From: an uncultured Thermotogae bacterium
GTDB lineage: Bacteria; Bipolaricaulota; Bipolaricaulia; M55B111
DNA: 35,451 nucleotides
Reading direction: 5' to 3'
Assembly (NCBI GenBank): GCA_964638365.1
Contig: CAZWZR010000001.1
Coordinates: 1 to 35,451 of the forward strand
The first letter of the stretch is position 1. Each line of letters opens with the position of its first letter. Below are positions 16,095-25,090 of this stretch, one piece after another. The translations under genes and the position numbers were made by a program. Below the pieces are notes generated by a model. That model was not told the DNA's origin, ran no database searches, and saw only the letters and a list, made by a program, of their open reading frames with translations.

Positions 16095-18239
16095 TCACGA
16101 ATGGGGGTTGAGTCTTATTCCTCCGCTTTCGGAACGGGGAATGGTGGCACGCAGTGCTTCCAGCAGGTCCGACAGTTCTTCTGTCTTGACCATCAGATAG
16201 TGACGAGAACTGACTCCCGATGTGCCCGAAGCCTCCTTTTCGGTCGGCCCGAGCGTCTCCGCTTTCGGAACCAGTTGACCTAAATTACGCTTTATCTCGT
16301 CTATTCTCTCCCTTACATCTGTCCTATCGCTTCCCCGAACTTCGATTTCTACCAGTCCGCGGTAAGGAGGATAACCCATAAGCTTTCGTGATTCGAGTTC
16401 TCTATCATAAAGCTGCCCCCATTTTCCCCCACGGATAGGACCAACCAATACCTGATCGCCGTGAAGCCCCTGGAGGAAAACCCGACCTCCCGGCTTCACG
16501 AGTTCGCAACCCTGGAATATCCTCCGGGTGAGAAATTCGGTGGAACGGTAGGTCTCCCGGTTAAGCGGTATATCCAGATCAAGCAGACCGACCAGAGGCA
16601 CCTTCCCCCCTAGGAATAGGCTTCCGATAACGGTGGTGCCAAGCAAGATATCTAAATCCCCGTTCAGCAAGCCATCAACAACCCGAGAAAAGTCATTCCA
16701 GTTTGCGCTTCGAAAATCGTAACTATAGACCCTCGCCTCCGGTAAATACCGATTCAGTTCCTCCTCCGCCTCCTCCAGGCCGCCACCGATAAACTTCACT
16801 TCATCGCTCCCGCAGTTCTGACAGACCAGCATATCTTCTCTCTCACCGCAATAAGGACAAACGCCGTAGTTACCGGAACTGCTGTAGGCCAGAGGAACCT
16901 GGCAACTGGGACAGCGAAGTACCGCTCCGCATTCCCGACAGATACCCGCAGTCGAAGGGCCGGCTCTTTCACCAATAATCAGAGCGGGATTTCCCTGTTC
17001 GTAGTTCTCCCCGAGCGCAGCCAGCAAGTCCTCGCTTAACGGACCATCGGAGGTAGTGGCGCTAGAACTCGCAAGTTCCAGTTCGGCCGAACACGAAGGA
17101 AAGCAGGAGGCGCTATTACCAGTACTCCGCAACTCTCCTTCCTTCAACCGGTAATAGGAATTAACGGACGGCGTCCGACCACCCAGTATTACGGGAACGT
17201 CCTCGATTCGTCCCCTCTTAATGGCGGTCTCAACGAGGTTGCCTTTAGGGTCCTGCTCCTTCAGATCGTAGTTCCTGCTACCTTCGTCTTCAATTAGGAT
17301 ACCTTTCAAGCCGGATAGCGGAAGATAGATCGCGTTTAAAACTCCTACAACTACGTCCGCCTGACCACTTCGGGATAGCTGCCAGCGCTCGGCCAGTTCT
17401 CCATCCGTCAATTCACTATTATAGGTCAGAGAATTCACGTCCAGCTCCTTCTCGATCAGAACGCTCAACTCCCTCGACCTGAGCACGTTAGGAGCAAGGA
17501 CAAGAACGGATCCATCTTCCGTCAAAGAAGTAATTGCCCCCAAATAACCGGCTAACCTCTCTTCCCCGGAACCGTAAATAGCAATCTCTTCAAAGGAATT
17601 CGACGGTCCGTTCAGTCTTTCCACGGGAGCGGGGTCCGGATCGGGGAGTTCGAGCCCGTTCGGAACATCCAGTGCGCTGAGGGATTGAGGAAGGGTAATC
17701 TCTTCGACAATACCCTTTTCAACCAGGCTCTTTAGCGGGGACCGCGAGCTCTCGGCCCTGCGGAGGAGGGCTTGTTTTTCGACCGGGCCATCAGCGGTCA
17801 GAAGCTGCTCCAGTATCTCTACCTGTTTGGGCGCCCGTTCCTCACGCTTTTCGATAAACTCCCGGATCTTTTCAAAGGAACTTGCCAGTTCGATGAACTT
17901 CTTCGTTCTCGGACTAACGGAGAGGTCGTATGGGACCATCCGTTTAAATACCTGACCCAGAGGCGTGAAAGTACTAGTGGTTAACCAGCGGGCCAGTTCC
18001 ATAATCGTATTTTCCAGGGGTTCTTCGGAGAGAACTTCCCGGATTGGTTTTCTCTCCCCGGAGAATCCAGGTTCACTCCTCGTCTCGACGACCACACCTC
18101 GTTCTGTTCCCCCCCGAAACGGGACGGAACAGATGGAACCCGTTTCTACTTCCCCCCGCAGGCGATCGGGAACCGCGTACTCAAATGTGGAAGGTATCGG
18201 GCGAAAAACGGCCACCCCGACGTAGTTAGCTTCGGGCAT
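16095..18239 (-). CDS. priA: PriA-like primosomal protein N' homolog with degenerate helicase motifs
   Basis: The N-terminal 3'-DNA-binding region is PriA-like (VAVFRPIPSTFEYAVP...GSICSVPFRGGTERGVVV). The Cys-rich zinc region is CRECGAVLRCPSCQVPLAYSSSGNYGVCPYCGEREDMLVCQNCGS. The Walker A position reads YGSGEERL and the DEEH position reads IEDEGS. ATG at 18239 (MPEANYVG) is preferred over the track start. Confidence 0.75.
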   Translation of the reverse strand: MPEANYVGVAVFRPIPSTFEYAVPDRLRGEVETGSICSVPFRGGTERGVVVETRSEPGFSGERKPIREVLSEEPLENTIMELARWLTTSTFTPLGQVFKRMVPYDLSVSPRTKKFIELASSFEKIREFIEKREERAPKQVEILEQLLTADGPVEKQALLRRAESSRSPLKSLVEKGIVEEITLPQSLSALDVPNGLELPDPDPAPVERLNGPSNSFEEIAIYGSGEERLAGYLGAITSLTEDGSVLVLAPNVLRSRELSVLIEKELDVNSLTYNSELTDGELAERWQLSRSGQADVVVGVLNAIYLPLSGLKGILIEDEGSRNYDLKEQDPKGNLVETAIKRGRIEDVPVILGGRTPSVNSYYRLKEGELRSTGNSASCFPSCSAELELASSSATTSDGPLSEDLLAALGENYEQGNPALIIGERAGPSTAGICRECGAVLRCPSCQVPLAYSSSGNYGVCPYCGEREDMLVCQNCGSDEVKFIGGGLEEAEEELNRYLPEARVYSYDFRSANWNDFSRVVDGLLNGDLDILLGTTVIGSLFLGGKVPLVGLLDLDIPLNRETYRSTEFLTRRIFQGCELVKPGGRVFLQGLHGDQVLVGPIRGGKWGQLYDRELESRKLMGYPPYRGLVEIEVRGSDRTDVRERIDEIKRNLGQLVPKAETLGPTEKEASGTSGVSSRHYLMVKTEELSDLLEALRATIPRSESGGIRLNPHS

Positions 18240-19116
18240 CTTCTCGCCAATCGAGGTATTCCAGCACGCCATGAATGTTCATCTCTAACTCATCCCTGGA
18301 AAACCCCTTCCGTACCCAGCCCGCATGGGATTGGACGATTCTATCCATTAACTCCTCACCCTCAAGGCCCAGTGAGTTCAGATCGTCGACCTCTTTTACC
18401 CAGCTGGCGAGAACGTCGTGATATTCATGGAGCAGCTCGGATGGGTTCTCGCCCGGGCCAAAATGCGAAAACAAAAGCGTTGAGGGGTCAAGACCCTTCA
18501 TCTTCTCGAGGCTCTCCAGGCTGAGCTCCAGGTTAAAAGTCGGCGGTGGGGTGGAGGGTATCAACATCCCATCCAGATAGAGCCCCGCTCCGTCTCCGGT
18601 AAAAAGGGATCCCGTTTTCTTATCGTAGTAAGCCAGGTGGTGGGGTGCGTGACCGGGAGTCGGCAAAGCAACCAGTTCTCGTCCTCCGACATCCAGCGTT
18701 CTTCTTTCTCCTATCGGAAACAGGTTCTCGGAGGGAACAGGCTCCAAATCACCGTACTGATCGAACCTATTGCCCGTGGCTTCCTCCACGCTGGCAAGCA
18801 GGTCGGACGGGTCCTCAAGGTGCCTGGACCCTCTTTCGTGCAGGTAAACCTTAAGGTCCGGGACTTCTTCGACAAGTCGGCCAGTTCCACCGCAGTGGTC
18901 CAGATGAACGTGCGTGAGCAAAAGGGAATCGAGATCCGAAAGGTCATACGTGGAAGCCTCAAACCAGTCGAGCAAACGAGGGACGGACCGGGATGTTCCC
19001 GGGTCCAAAAGAGCTGGACTCTCACCCTCAATAAGGTAACTCGATCCGTAGTCCTCGTGGCCAAAAACCCCGTTTCTAACTAGCGTGATCCCCTGAGGGA
19101 AATTAGAATCAATCAT
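18226..19116 (-). CDS. Metallo-beta-lactamase-fold hydrolase
   Basis: THVHLDHCGG (HxHxDH), a later GHAPHH, and DGAG are present. It overlaps the Nudix stop by 8 nt and the PriA-like start by 14 nt. Confidence 0.8.
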   Translation of the reverse strand: MIDSNFPQGITLVRNGVFGHEDYGSSYLIEGESPALLDPGTSRSVPRLLDWFEASTYDLSDLDSLLLTHVHLDHCGGTGRLVEEVPDLKVYLHERGSRHLEDPSDLLASVEEATGNRFDQYGDLEPVPSENLFPIGERRTLDVGGRELVALPTPGHAPHHLAYYDKKTGSLFTGDGAGLYLDGMLIPSTPPPTFNLELSLESLEKMKGLDPSTLLFSHFGPGENPSELLHEYHDVLASWVKEVDDLNSLGLEGEELMDRIVQSHAGWVRKGFSRDELEMNIHGVLEYLDWREDARS

Positions 19117-19576
19117 CTCGGGGCCCTTGCGTCAGGCTGGCTTCCGCTCCCTTCAACACATCTATGTCGTTATTGTAGGTAAGAGTATCGAGAGCATCGG
19201 TGTAAGTAGCCCACCTGTAGTCCAGGTGCTCCGGGGACAGCGTGACCTCACCGGTACCGGAATCTACCAGGGCGAGGAAATAGATGACGGTCTTATCCAC
19301 TTCTTCCCCGCCCCTGCGGTAACTGTAACTGACCTCCTCGCGGAAGCCGGATAGTATCTTTTCCGGACTCAGTCCGGTTTCTTCATCCAGTTCACGAATC
19401 GCGGCTTCACGGGGTGTTTCTCCACCTTCCAGGTGTCCTTTTGGGAAGCTCCAGTGACCCCCGTTGGAATGCCGCAACAACAGATATTTTCTGCTGCCGG
19501 CAAAGTTCCCGGCAATCACCAAACCTCCGGATACTTCAACCTGCTTTTCTCCGGATTCATGTGAGGTCGAGCTCAT
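19109..19576 (-). CDS. Nudix hydrolase
   Basis: The Nudix box is GHLEGGETPREAAIRELDEETGL. Start is ATG at 19576, with ATG at 19588 as the alternative. Either one overlaps the 3' end of rpoB, by 20 or 32 nt. Confidence 0.8.
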   Translation of the reverse strand: MSSTSHESGEKQVEVSGGLVIAGNFAGSRKYLLLRHSNGGHWSFPKGHLEGGETPREAAIRELDEETGLSPEKILSGFREEVSYSYRRGGEEVDKTVIYFLALVDSGTGEVTLSPEHLDYRWATYTDALDTLTYNNDIDVLKGAEASLTQGPRDD

Positions 19577-22500
19577 TGCCCTCGGCATCCACCGCTTTCG
19601 GGCTCAGTCCCAGACTTCTAAGTTCTCTGACCAGCACCTTGAACGACTCCGGTATACCTGGTTTTGGCATCGGCTCGTCCTTCAAAATTGCCTTGTAGAG
19701 CTTGGTCCTGCCCTGGATATCGTCTGACTTCAGCGTCAGCATCTCCTGCAGCGTGCTCGCAGCACCGTAGGCCTCCAGAGCCCAGACTTCCATTTCGCCA
19801 AACCTCTGACCACCGAACTGGGCTTTACCACCAAGCGGTTGCTGGGTAATCAGGGCGTAGGGTCCCGTTGACCTTGCGTGGAGCTTTTCGTCTGCTATAT
19901 GCTCGAGCTTGAGCAAGTACATATGGCCAACGGTTATCGGCCTGTCGAACGGTTCACCCGTCCTGCCGTCCCGCAGTATCACCTTGCCGTCCTCGTTAGC
20001 TCCTTCATCCAGTCCCTGCTCTTCCTGTTCCTCCTGCAGGTTCTGCAGGATCTCTTCTTCACCTGCTCCATCAAAAACAGGAGTACTCGAATGTTCTCCC
20101 TTCAGGGACGAGAGCCAGCCGAGGTGAGTCTCGAATACCTGACCGAGGTTCATCCTCGATGGGACTCCGAGAGGGTTCAACAGGACGTCAATCGGCGTTC
20201 CATCAGGCATAAAGGGCATGTCTTCTTCCGGCATTATCTTCGCGATAACTCCCTTGTTTCCGTGCCGGCCCGCGAGCTTGTCACCGATGGAAATCTTCTT
20301 CCGGGTGGCCACGTAGACCTTAACCAGTTCGTTCACGCCGGTATCTAGTTCGTGCCCTCTTTCCCGTGAGAACTTCTTCACCCGAATGACCTTGCCTTTT
20401 CCGGCGGTCGGCGGAAGCTTCAAGGAGGAATCCTTGACGTTCCTCGCCTGCTCGCCAAATATCGAGCGGAATATCTTCTCTTCAGGGCTAGGTTCCGACT
20501 CACCTTTCGGCGTAATTTTACCGACCAGAACGTCTCCCGTCTCTACCTCGGTTCCCTCTCTGATTATTCCCCTGGAGTCGAGGTTTTTCAGGTCTTCTTT
20601 ACTTATATTCGGGATGTCGGCCGTTATCTCTTCCGGACCGAGCTTGGTCTCCTCGGCCTTTACTTCAAACTCCTCTATATGAATCGAGTCCAGCAGATCG
20701 TCCTTCACCAGGCGTTCGGAAACTACAATTGCGTCCTCGTAGTTAAACCCTTCAAAAGGCATGAACGCTACACGCAGGTTCCGGCCCAGAGCGAGCTCCC
20801 CTTCTTCGCTGGAGGAACCGTCCGCAAGGACGTCTCCAGGCTGTACTTTTTCTCCTTGAGATACCAGGGGCCTCTGATGAACCAAAGTATCCTGGTTGGA
20901 ACGAGTAAACGTCTTCAGGGAATAGCTCCTCGTGTCGCCCGAATCCGTATCTACCTTTATTTCTTCGGCATCGACGTAAGAGACTTCACCGGACTCCTCG
21001 GCCACTACAAGCATTCCGGAATCCTGTGCGGCCTTTTCCTCCATCCCGGTACCCACTAACGGCGCTTCCGGGTCAACGAGCGGAACCGCCTGGCGCTGCA
21101 TATTGGCTCCCATCAGCGCACGGTTCGCGTCATCGTGTTCCAGAAATGGAATCAGCGATGCCGAGGCTCCGACAATGGCCTTCGGAGAAACTCCGACGAA
21201 ATCGACTTCTTCCGGAGAAACCAATCTGATGTTCTCCTTGCCGGTCCTTATCTCGACCCTGTCCTCGGTGAGGTAGCCCTCGTCGTCGATCTTTGTGGTC
21301 GAAGGCGCAATTTTGTATTCCTCTTCCTCACCGGCCATCAGGTACTCGATCTCTCCTGTAACCTTTCCGTCTTCTACCCTCCGGTAAGGAGCTTCGAGGA
21401 AGCCGTATTCGTTTATCTTTGCGTAATTGGCCAGGGAAGTAATCAGGCCGATATTCTGTCCTTCAGGAGTCTCAATCGGGCAAATTCTCGAATAGTGAGA
21501 CGGGTGAACGTCCCTGACTTCGAGCTTCGCTCGTCTCTGACTCAACCCTCCACCAAGGGCGTTTAATCGCCTCTTGTGTGTCAATTCGGCAAGAGCGTTG
21601 GTCTCCTCGAGAAACTGGGAAAACCGTCCAGTATAGAAAAACTGGTTCAGCGAAGACTGAATCGGCCGCGTCGGCATCAGGTCCCGTAGAGTATCGTCAT
21701 CGTCAAGACTGAACTTCGAAAGTTTGTCCTCCGTCGTTCTAACTACCCTGTTCAGTCCCCTTTCGAAGGCGGATCGTGCCGCTTTACCGGGCAGGTTGAC
21801 TACCTTATTTGCCAGGTGGTCCTTCTCATCAAGTATCTCCGGGTTTTCCGGTACATCCAGCAATAAGTCAAGGGACTGAAAGATGTCGTCCCGTGTCAGG
21901 GCGAGCGTTTCCTTGTCCAGACCGAGCTTGCTATTCGCCTTGAACCGACCGACCTCGGAAAGCAGGTAGTTCTCCTCCTCAAAGAAGAGACCCTTTATGT
22001 AATTCTCCATCTTCGTCGTCGAAACCCTGCCGGTTGGTCGGAGCTTCCCGTAGATAAATCTCACTGCTTCTTCCTTGCTGCGGAAGTCGTCCCTCTCGAG
22101 CGTGTTGCCGATGTACTCGTTAAGAAGGTTAATGGATTCCTCGGTAGCCTCGTTCAGGACTACCTCAACATCCTCTTTCCGCAGGGTTTCACCGGCCTCG
22201 AATATTACTTCCGAATCCCGATAGACGTCTTCACCGAACTTGTGTCCGACGTAACGCCTCAGGTTTCTCTCCGTAACCGGCTCAACTTCGAAGCTAAAGT
22301 TGGAGTAGATATCTTCCTGGTCCATCCCCAGAACGCGTAGAAAGACCGTCATCGGGACCTTTGCTTCTCTATCGAGGTTGGCGTGTAACCTCTTTCTATT
22401 GTCATCCAGGATGAGCTCAAGCCAGGCACCGTAATCAGGCAAAATGTGGGCCCGAAATTGGTTGTTTCTTTCCGCCGTTATGTATACCCCAGGAGCACGG

Positions 22501-22889
22501 GCCAGTTCATTAACCAGAACGTTCTCCGACCCGTTTATCAGGAAAGTCCCTTTTGGGGTCATAACCGGTATGTCGGCTACGTAAAGTTCGCTTTCCTGTA
22601 CCTGGTTATCTTCCCCGTCGTATAGACGCGCGGTAATTCTTAAAGGTCTATCGTAGGTCAGGTCCTTGTCTGCGCAATCCTCCACGCTCCCCCGTAGCTC
22701 ACCCAGTGTGGGCGAAGTAAACTCCAGCTTGAAATCCTTCCTGCTTCCGGCCTCTACAGGAGAGATTTCCTCAAAAACCTCTTCCAGACCTTCTTCCAGG
22801 AACCGCTCGTAGGACTCTTTCTGATCTTCTAAAAGATAAGGAGGCTCTACCGCTTCACCATAAGAACTATATTCCTGTCTTTCCCTCAA
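19557..22889 (-). CDS. rpoB: DNA-directed RNA polymerase beta subunit
   Basis: Full-length beta. The N-terminus carries PYLLEDQKESYERFL. GFNYEDAIVVSE, GRHGNKGVI, NPLGVPSRMNLGQ and GGQRFGEMEVWALEAYGA are present. The C-terminus is PESFKVLVRELRSLGL. TTG start lies 7 nt after AGGAGGG; no in-frame ATG is nearby. Confidence 0.95.
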   Translation of the reverse strand: MRERQEYSSYGEAVEPPYLLEDQKESYERFLEEGLEEVFEEISPVEAGSRKDFKLEFTSPTLGELRGSVEDCADKDLTYDRPLRITARLYDGEDNQVQESELYVADIPVMTPKGTFLINGSENVLVNELARAPGVYITAERNNQFRAHILPDYGAWLELILDDNRKRLHANLDREAKVPMTVFLRVLGMDQEDIYSNFSFEVEPVTERNLRRYVGHKFGEDVYRDSEVIFEAGETLRKEDVEVVLNEATEESINLLNEYIGNTLERDDFRSKEEAVRFIYGKLRPTGRVSTTKMENYIKGLFFEEENYLLSEVGRFKANSKLGLDKETLALTRDDIFQSLDLLLDVPENPEILDEKDHLANKVVNLPGKAARSAFERGLNRVVRTTEDKLSKFSLDDDDTLRDLMPTRPIQSSLNQFFYTGRFSQFLEETNALAELTHKRRLNALGGGLSQRRAKLEVRDVHPSHYSRICPIETPEGQNIGLITSLANYAKINEYGFLEAPYRRVEDGKVTGEIEYLMAGEEEEYKIAPSTTKIDDEGYLTEDRVEIRTGKENIRLVSPEEVDFVGVSPKAIVGASASLIPFLEHDDANRALMGANMQRQAVPLVDPEAPLVGTGMEEKAAQDSGMLVVAEESGEVSYVDAEEIKVDTDSGDTRSYSLKTFTRSNQDTLVHQRPLVSQGEKVQPGDVLADGSSSEEGELALGRNLRVAFMPFEGFNYEDAIVVSERLVKDDLLDSIHIEEFEVKAEETKLGPEEITADIPNISKEDLKNLDSRGIIREGTEVETGDVLVGKITPKGESEPSPEEKIFRSIFGEQARNVKDSSLKLPPTAGKGKVIRVKKFSRERGHELDTGVNELVKVYVATRKKISIGDKLAGRHGNKGVIAKIMPEEDMPFMPDGTPIDVLLNPLGVPSRMNLGQVFETHLGWLSSLKGEHSSTPVFDGAGEEEILQNLQEEQEEQGLDEGANEDGKVILRDGRTGEPFDRPITVGHMYLLKLEHIADEKLHARSTGPYALITQQPLGGKAQFGGQRFGEMEVWALEAYGAASTLQEMLTLKSDDIQGRTKLYKAILKDEPMPKPGIPESFKVLVRELRSLGLSPKAVDAEGNELDLT

Positions 22890-22930
22890 ACTGTATCCCT
22901 CCTAGGGCAATAGGATCCTTCTCGTGAAAC

Positions 22931-23311
22931 TTACCTGAGCTCTATTTCTGCTCCGAGCTCTTCCAGCTGCTGCTGGAGTTCTTTCGCTTCGTCTTCCTCG
23001 AGCCCTTCCTGAAGGGTAGCAGGGAGTTCGTCAACCAGGGCCTTGCATTCTTTGAGCCCCTTCCCGGTAATGTCCTTAAGTTCCTTGATTACCTTGATCT
23101 TTTTCTGACCCGGGTTGGTGAGAACTAAGTCTATTGCTTCTTCTTCCTCGCCTCCCCCTTCACCGTCGCCAGCTCCTCCCTGAGGAGCAGCGGCCACTGG
23201 CGCAGCGGCTTCTGCGGAAACGTCGAACTCTTCCTCGATTGCCTCTACTAACTCTGTCAGTTCCTTAATCGTCATGTCTCCAACTGATTCAACTATTTCT
23301 TCAGTGTCCAT
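22931..23311 (-). CDS. rplL: Ribosomal protein L7/L12
   Basis: It has an Ala/Gly/Glu hinge and the C-terminal KIKVIKELKDITGKGLKECKALVD. Confidence 0.95.
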   Translation of the reverse strand: MDTEEIVESVGDMTIKELTELVEAIEEEFDVSAEAAAPVAAAPQGGAGDGEGGGEEEEAIDLVLTNPGQKKIKVIKELKDITGKGLKECKALVDELPATLQEGLEEDEAKELQQQLEELGAEIELR

Positions 23312-23368
23312 AACAGACCTCCTATGTAGCTTGTAAAGAATTGAAAGTGAGTCTATACCTCAACTATA

Positions 23369-23887
23369 CTACTCTTCCTTTGCCTCACGGACCTGGTCGA
23401 GTACAACGGCCAGATCGTTGATTTTTGCCTTTAGAACGAAGGCAAGGTTTCTTACCGGTGACTTGAGTCCCGTGACGAAACCAGCCAGCAAGTCCTCTTT
23501 TGAAGAGAGACTGGAAATGGCTTCTATCTCTTCCGGCTCTACCAGATCCCCTTCGATCATTCCGCCTTGAGCCGAAAAATCATCGTACTTATCTTCCGTA
23601 TCGGAAGTGATCTTAAAAGGCAGTACCGGGTCGTCGTAGGCGACGGCCATGGCTATCGGTCCTTCCAGAAATTTGGGCAGATCATCAAGACCCGCCTCTT
23701 CCGCCGCAATGGCAGCCAGAGTATTCTTAACGACCCTGTAATCAAGGCCTTCTTTGGTAAAGGCCTCGCGAAGTTCGTTCAAATCGTTTGCGTCTATTCC
23801 CCGATAGTCAGAAAATACCAGACCCTCGGCGCGATCGAACTTGTCCTTGAGCTCTTCCACTTCTTCTTTCTTCGCTTCCGTGACCAT
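23369..23887 (-). CDS. rplJ: Ribosomal protein L10
   Basis: GLVFSDYRGIDANDLNELR is present, and the gene sits between rplA and rplL. Confidence 0.9.
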   Translation of the reverse strand: MVTEAKKEEVEELKDKFDRAEGLVFSDYRGIDANDLNELREAFTKEGLDYRVVKNTLAAIAAEEAGLDDLPKFLEGPIAMAVAYDDPVLPFKITSDTEDKYDDFSAQGGMIEGDLVEPEEIEAISSLSSKEDLLAGFVTGLKSPVRNLAFVLKAKINDLAVVLDQVREAKEE

Positions 23888-23940
23888 GTTTCACTCCTTA
23901 ACTGAAAACCAGTACAAACCTGCTCTTGCTATGAATTCTC

Positions 23941-24645
23941 CTAAAGCCTGTTCTCGTAAACCCTGTCCCTCAGTTCGTTGACTGAAATCTTAACCCCGGG
24001 CCCCATAGTCGGTGAAAGAGTCACCTTGGGAACGTACCTTTCTTCAATTCCTTCTTCCGGCCTCTGATCGTATACTGAGCTTGCCAGTTCGATCAGGTTC
24101 TCACGCAACTCCGGGACCGAAAAAGAGGCCTTACCTATCGGGACGTGAATGACACCGTATTTATCTGCCCGGAACTCCACCTGACCTTTTTTCAACCGGG
24201 AAACCGCTTCCCCTATATCCTCCGACACGGTGTTGGACTTCGGAGAAGGCATCATACCTCTCGGACCCAGAATTCTACCCAGCCGGCCTATCGTTCCCAT
24301 CATATCAGGCGTAGAAACGACTTCATCGAAATCCAGCCAGCCGTCTTCGATTCTTTCCACTGTTTCGTCATCCCCAAGGTAGTCCGCTCCCGCTTCCTCG
24401 GCTTCTCGTCGGGCCTCACCTTTTGCGAAGGCAAGTACTTTTACATCCTTGCCAGTACCGTTGGGTAGAACTGTGCTACCCCTTACCATGGTCTGAGAAG
24501 GATTAACCCCCAGGTTGATCGCCAGATCAACGGTTTCGTCGAACTCCGCCGTTGCCGATTCCTTAACGAGTTCCAGGCCTTCGTCCAGACTGTAGTTCTG
24601 TGCCGGATCTACCTTTTCGGCTACCGCCTCGTATCTCCTATTCAC
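23941..24645 (-). CDS. rplA: Ribosomal protein L1
   Basis: [20 protein letters not shown] and [11 protein letters not shown] are present. The GTG start overlaps the rplK stop (GTGA). Confidence 0.95.
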   Translation of the reverse strand: MNRRYEAVAEKVDPAQNYSLDEGLELVKESATAEFDETVDLAINLGVNPSQTMVRGSTVLPNGTGKDVKVLAFAKGEARREAEEAGADYLGDDETVERIEDGWLDFDEVVSTPDMMGTIGRLGRILGPRGMMPSPKSNTVSEDIGEAVSRLKKGQVEFRADKYGVIHVPIGKASFSVPELRENLIELASSVYDQRPEEGIEERYVPKVTLSPTMGPGVKISVNELRDRVYENRL

Positions 24646-25073
24646 GACTCGACCACCTCGACCCCCATGCTTCTCGCAGTTCCTTCAATGATGTTCTTAG
24701 CCGAATCCAGCTTGTAGGTATTCAGGTCGGGAAGTTTCTTCTTCGCCACTCTCTCGAGTTGCTCGTCAGTAATTTTCCCTACCTTTTCCATATTCGGCGT
24801 TCCCGAGCCACCATCGATCCCGGCGGCTTTCTTTATCAGTTCTGAAGCTGGTGGTTCCTTTACCTCGAAATCGAAACTCTTGTCCGTATAAATAGTTATG
24901 TCGACGGGTATCAACACGCCGGGTTCCTTGTCGCTGGTTTCCGCGTTGAACTGATCACAGAAATCCATAATGTTGACTTTGTGCTCACCGAGTGCAGGTC
25001 CGACCGGTGGTGATGGATCGGCCTGACCGGCAGGTATCTGTAGCTTCAAGGTAGTTTCTACTCTTTTAGCCAT
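24642..25073 (-). CDS. rplK: Ribosomal protein L11
   Basis: [19 protein letters not shown] and the C-terminal IEGTARSMG are present. Confidence 0.95.
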   Translation of the reverse strand: MAKRVETTLKLQIPAGQADPSPPVGPALGEHKVNIMDFCDQFNAETSDKEPGVLIPVDITIYTDKSFDFEVKEPPASELIKKAAGIDGGSGTPNMEKVGKITDEQLERVAKKKLPDLNTYKLDSAKNIIEGTARSMGVEVVES

Positions 25074-25090
25074 AATTACTCACTTCCTCC

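Noticed and set aside
16056-16283. A 75-aa plus-strand ORF at the PriA-like 3' end.
   Set aside because: It overlaps the priA-like coding sequence in antisense. It has no SD and no recognisable features.
23888-23940. The expected L10 leader and L1-binding autoregulatory RNA structures upstream of rplJ and rplK.
   Set aside because: The intergenic spacers are only 53 nt and 17 nt. Any such structure would have to overlap upstream coding sequence, and I could not identify the conserved motifs by eye.
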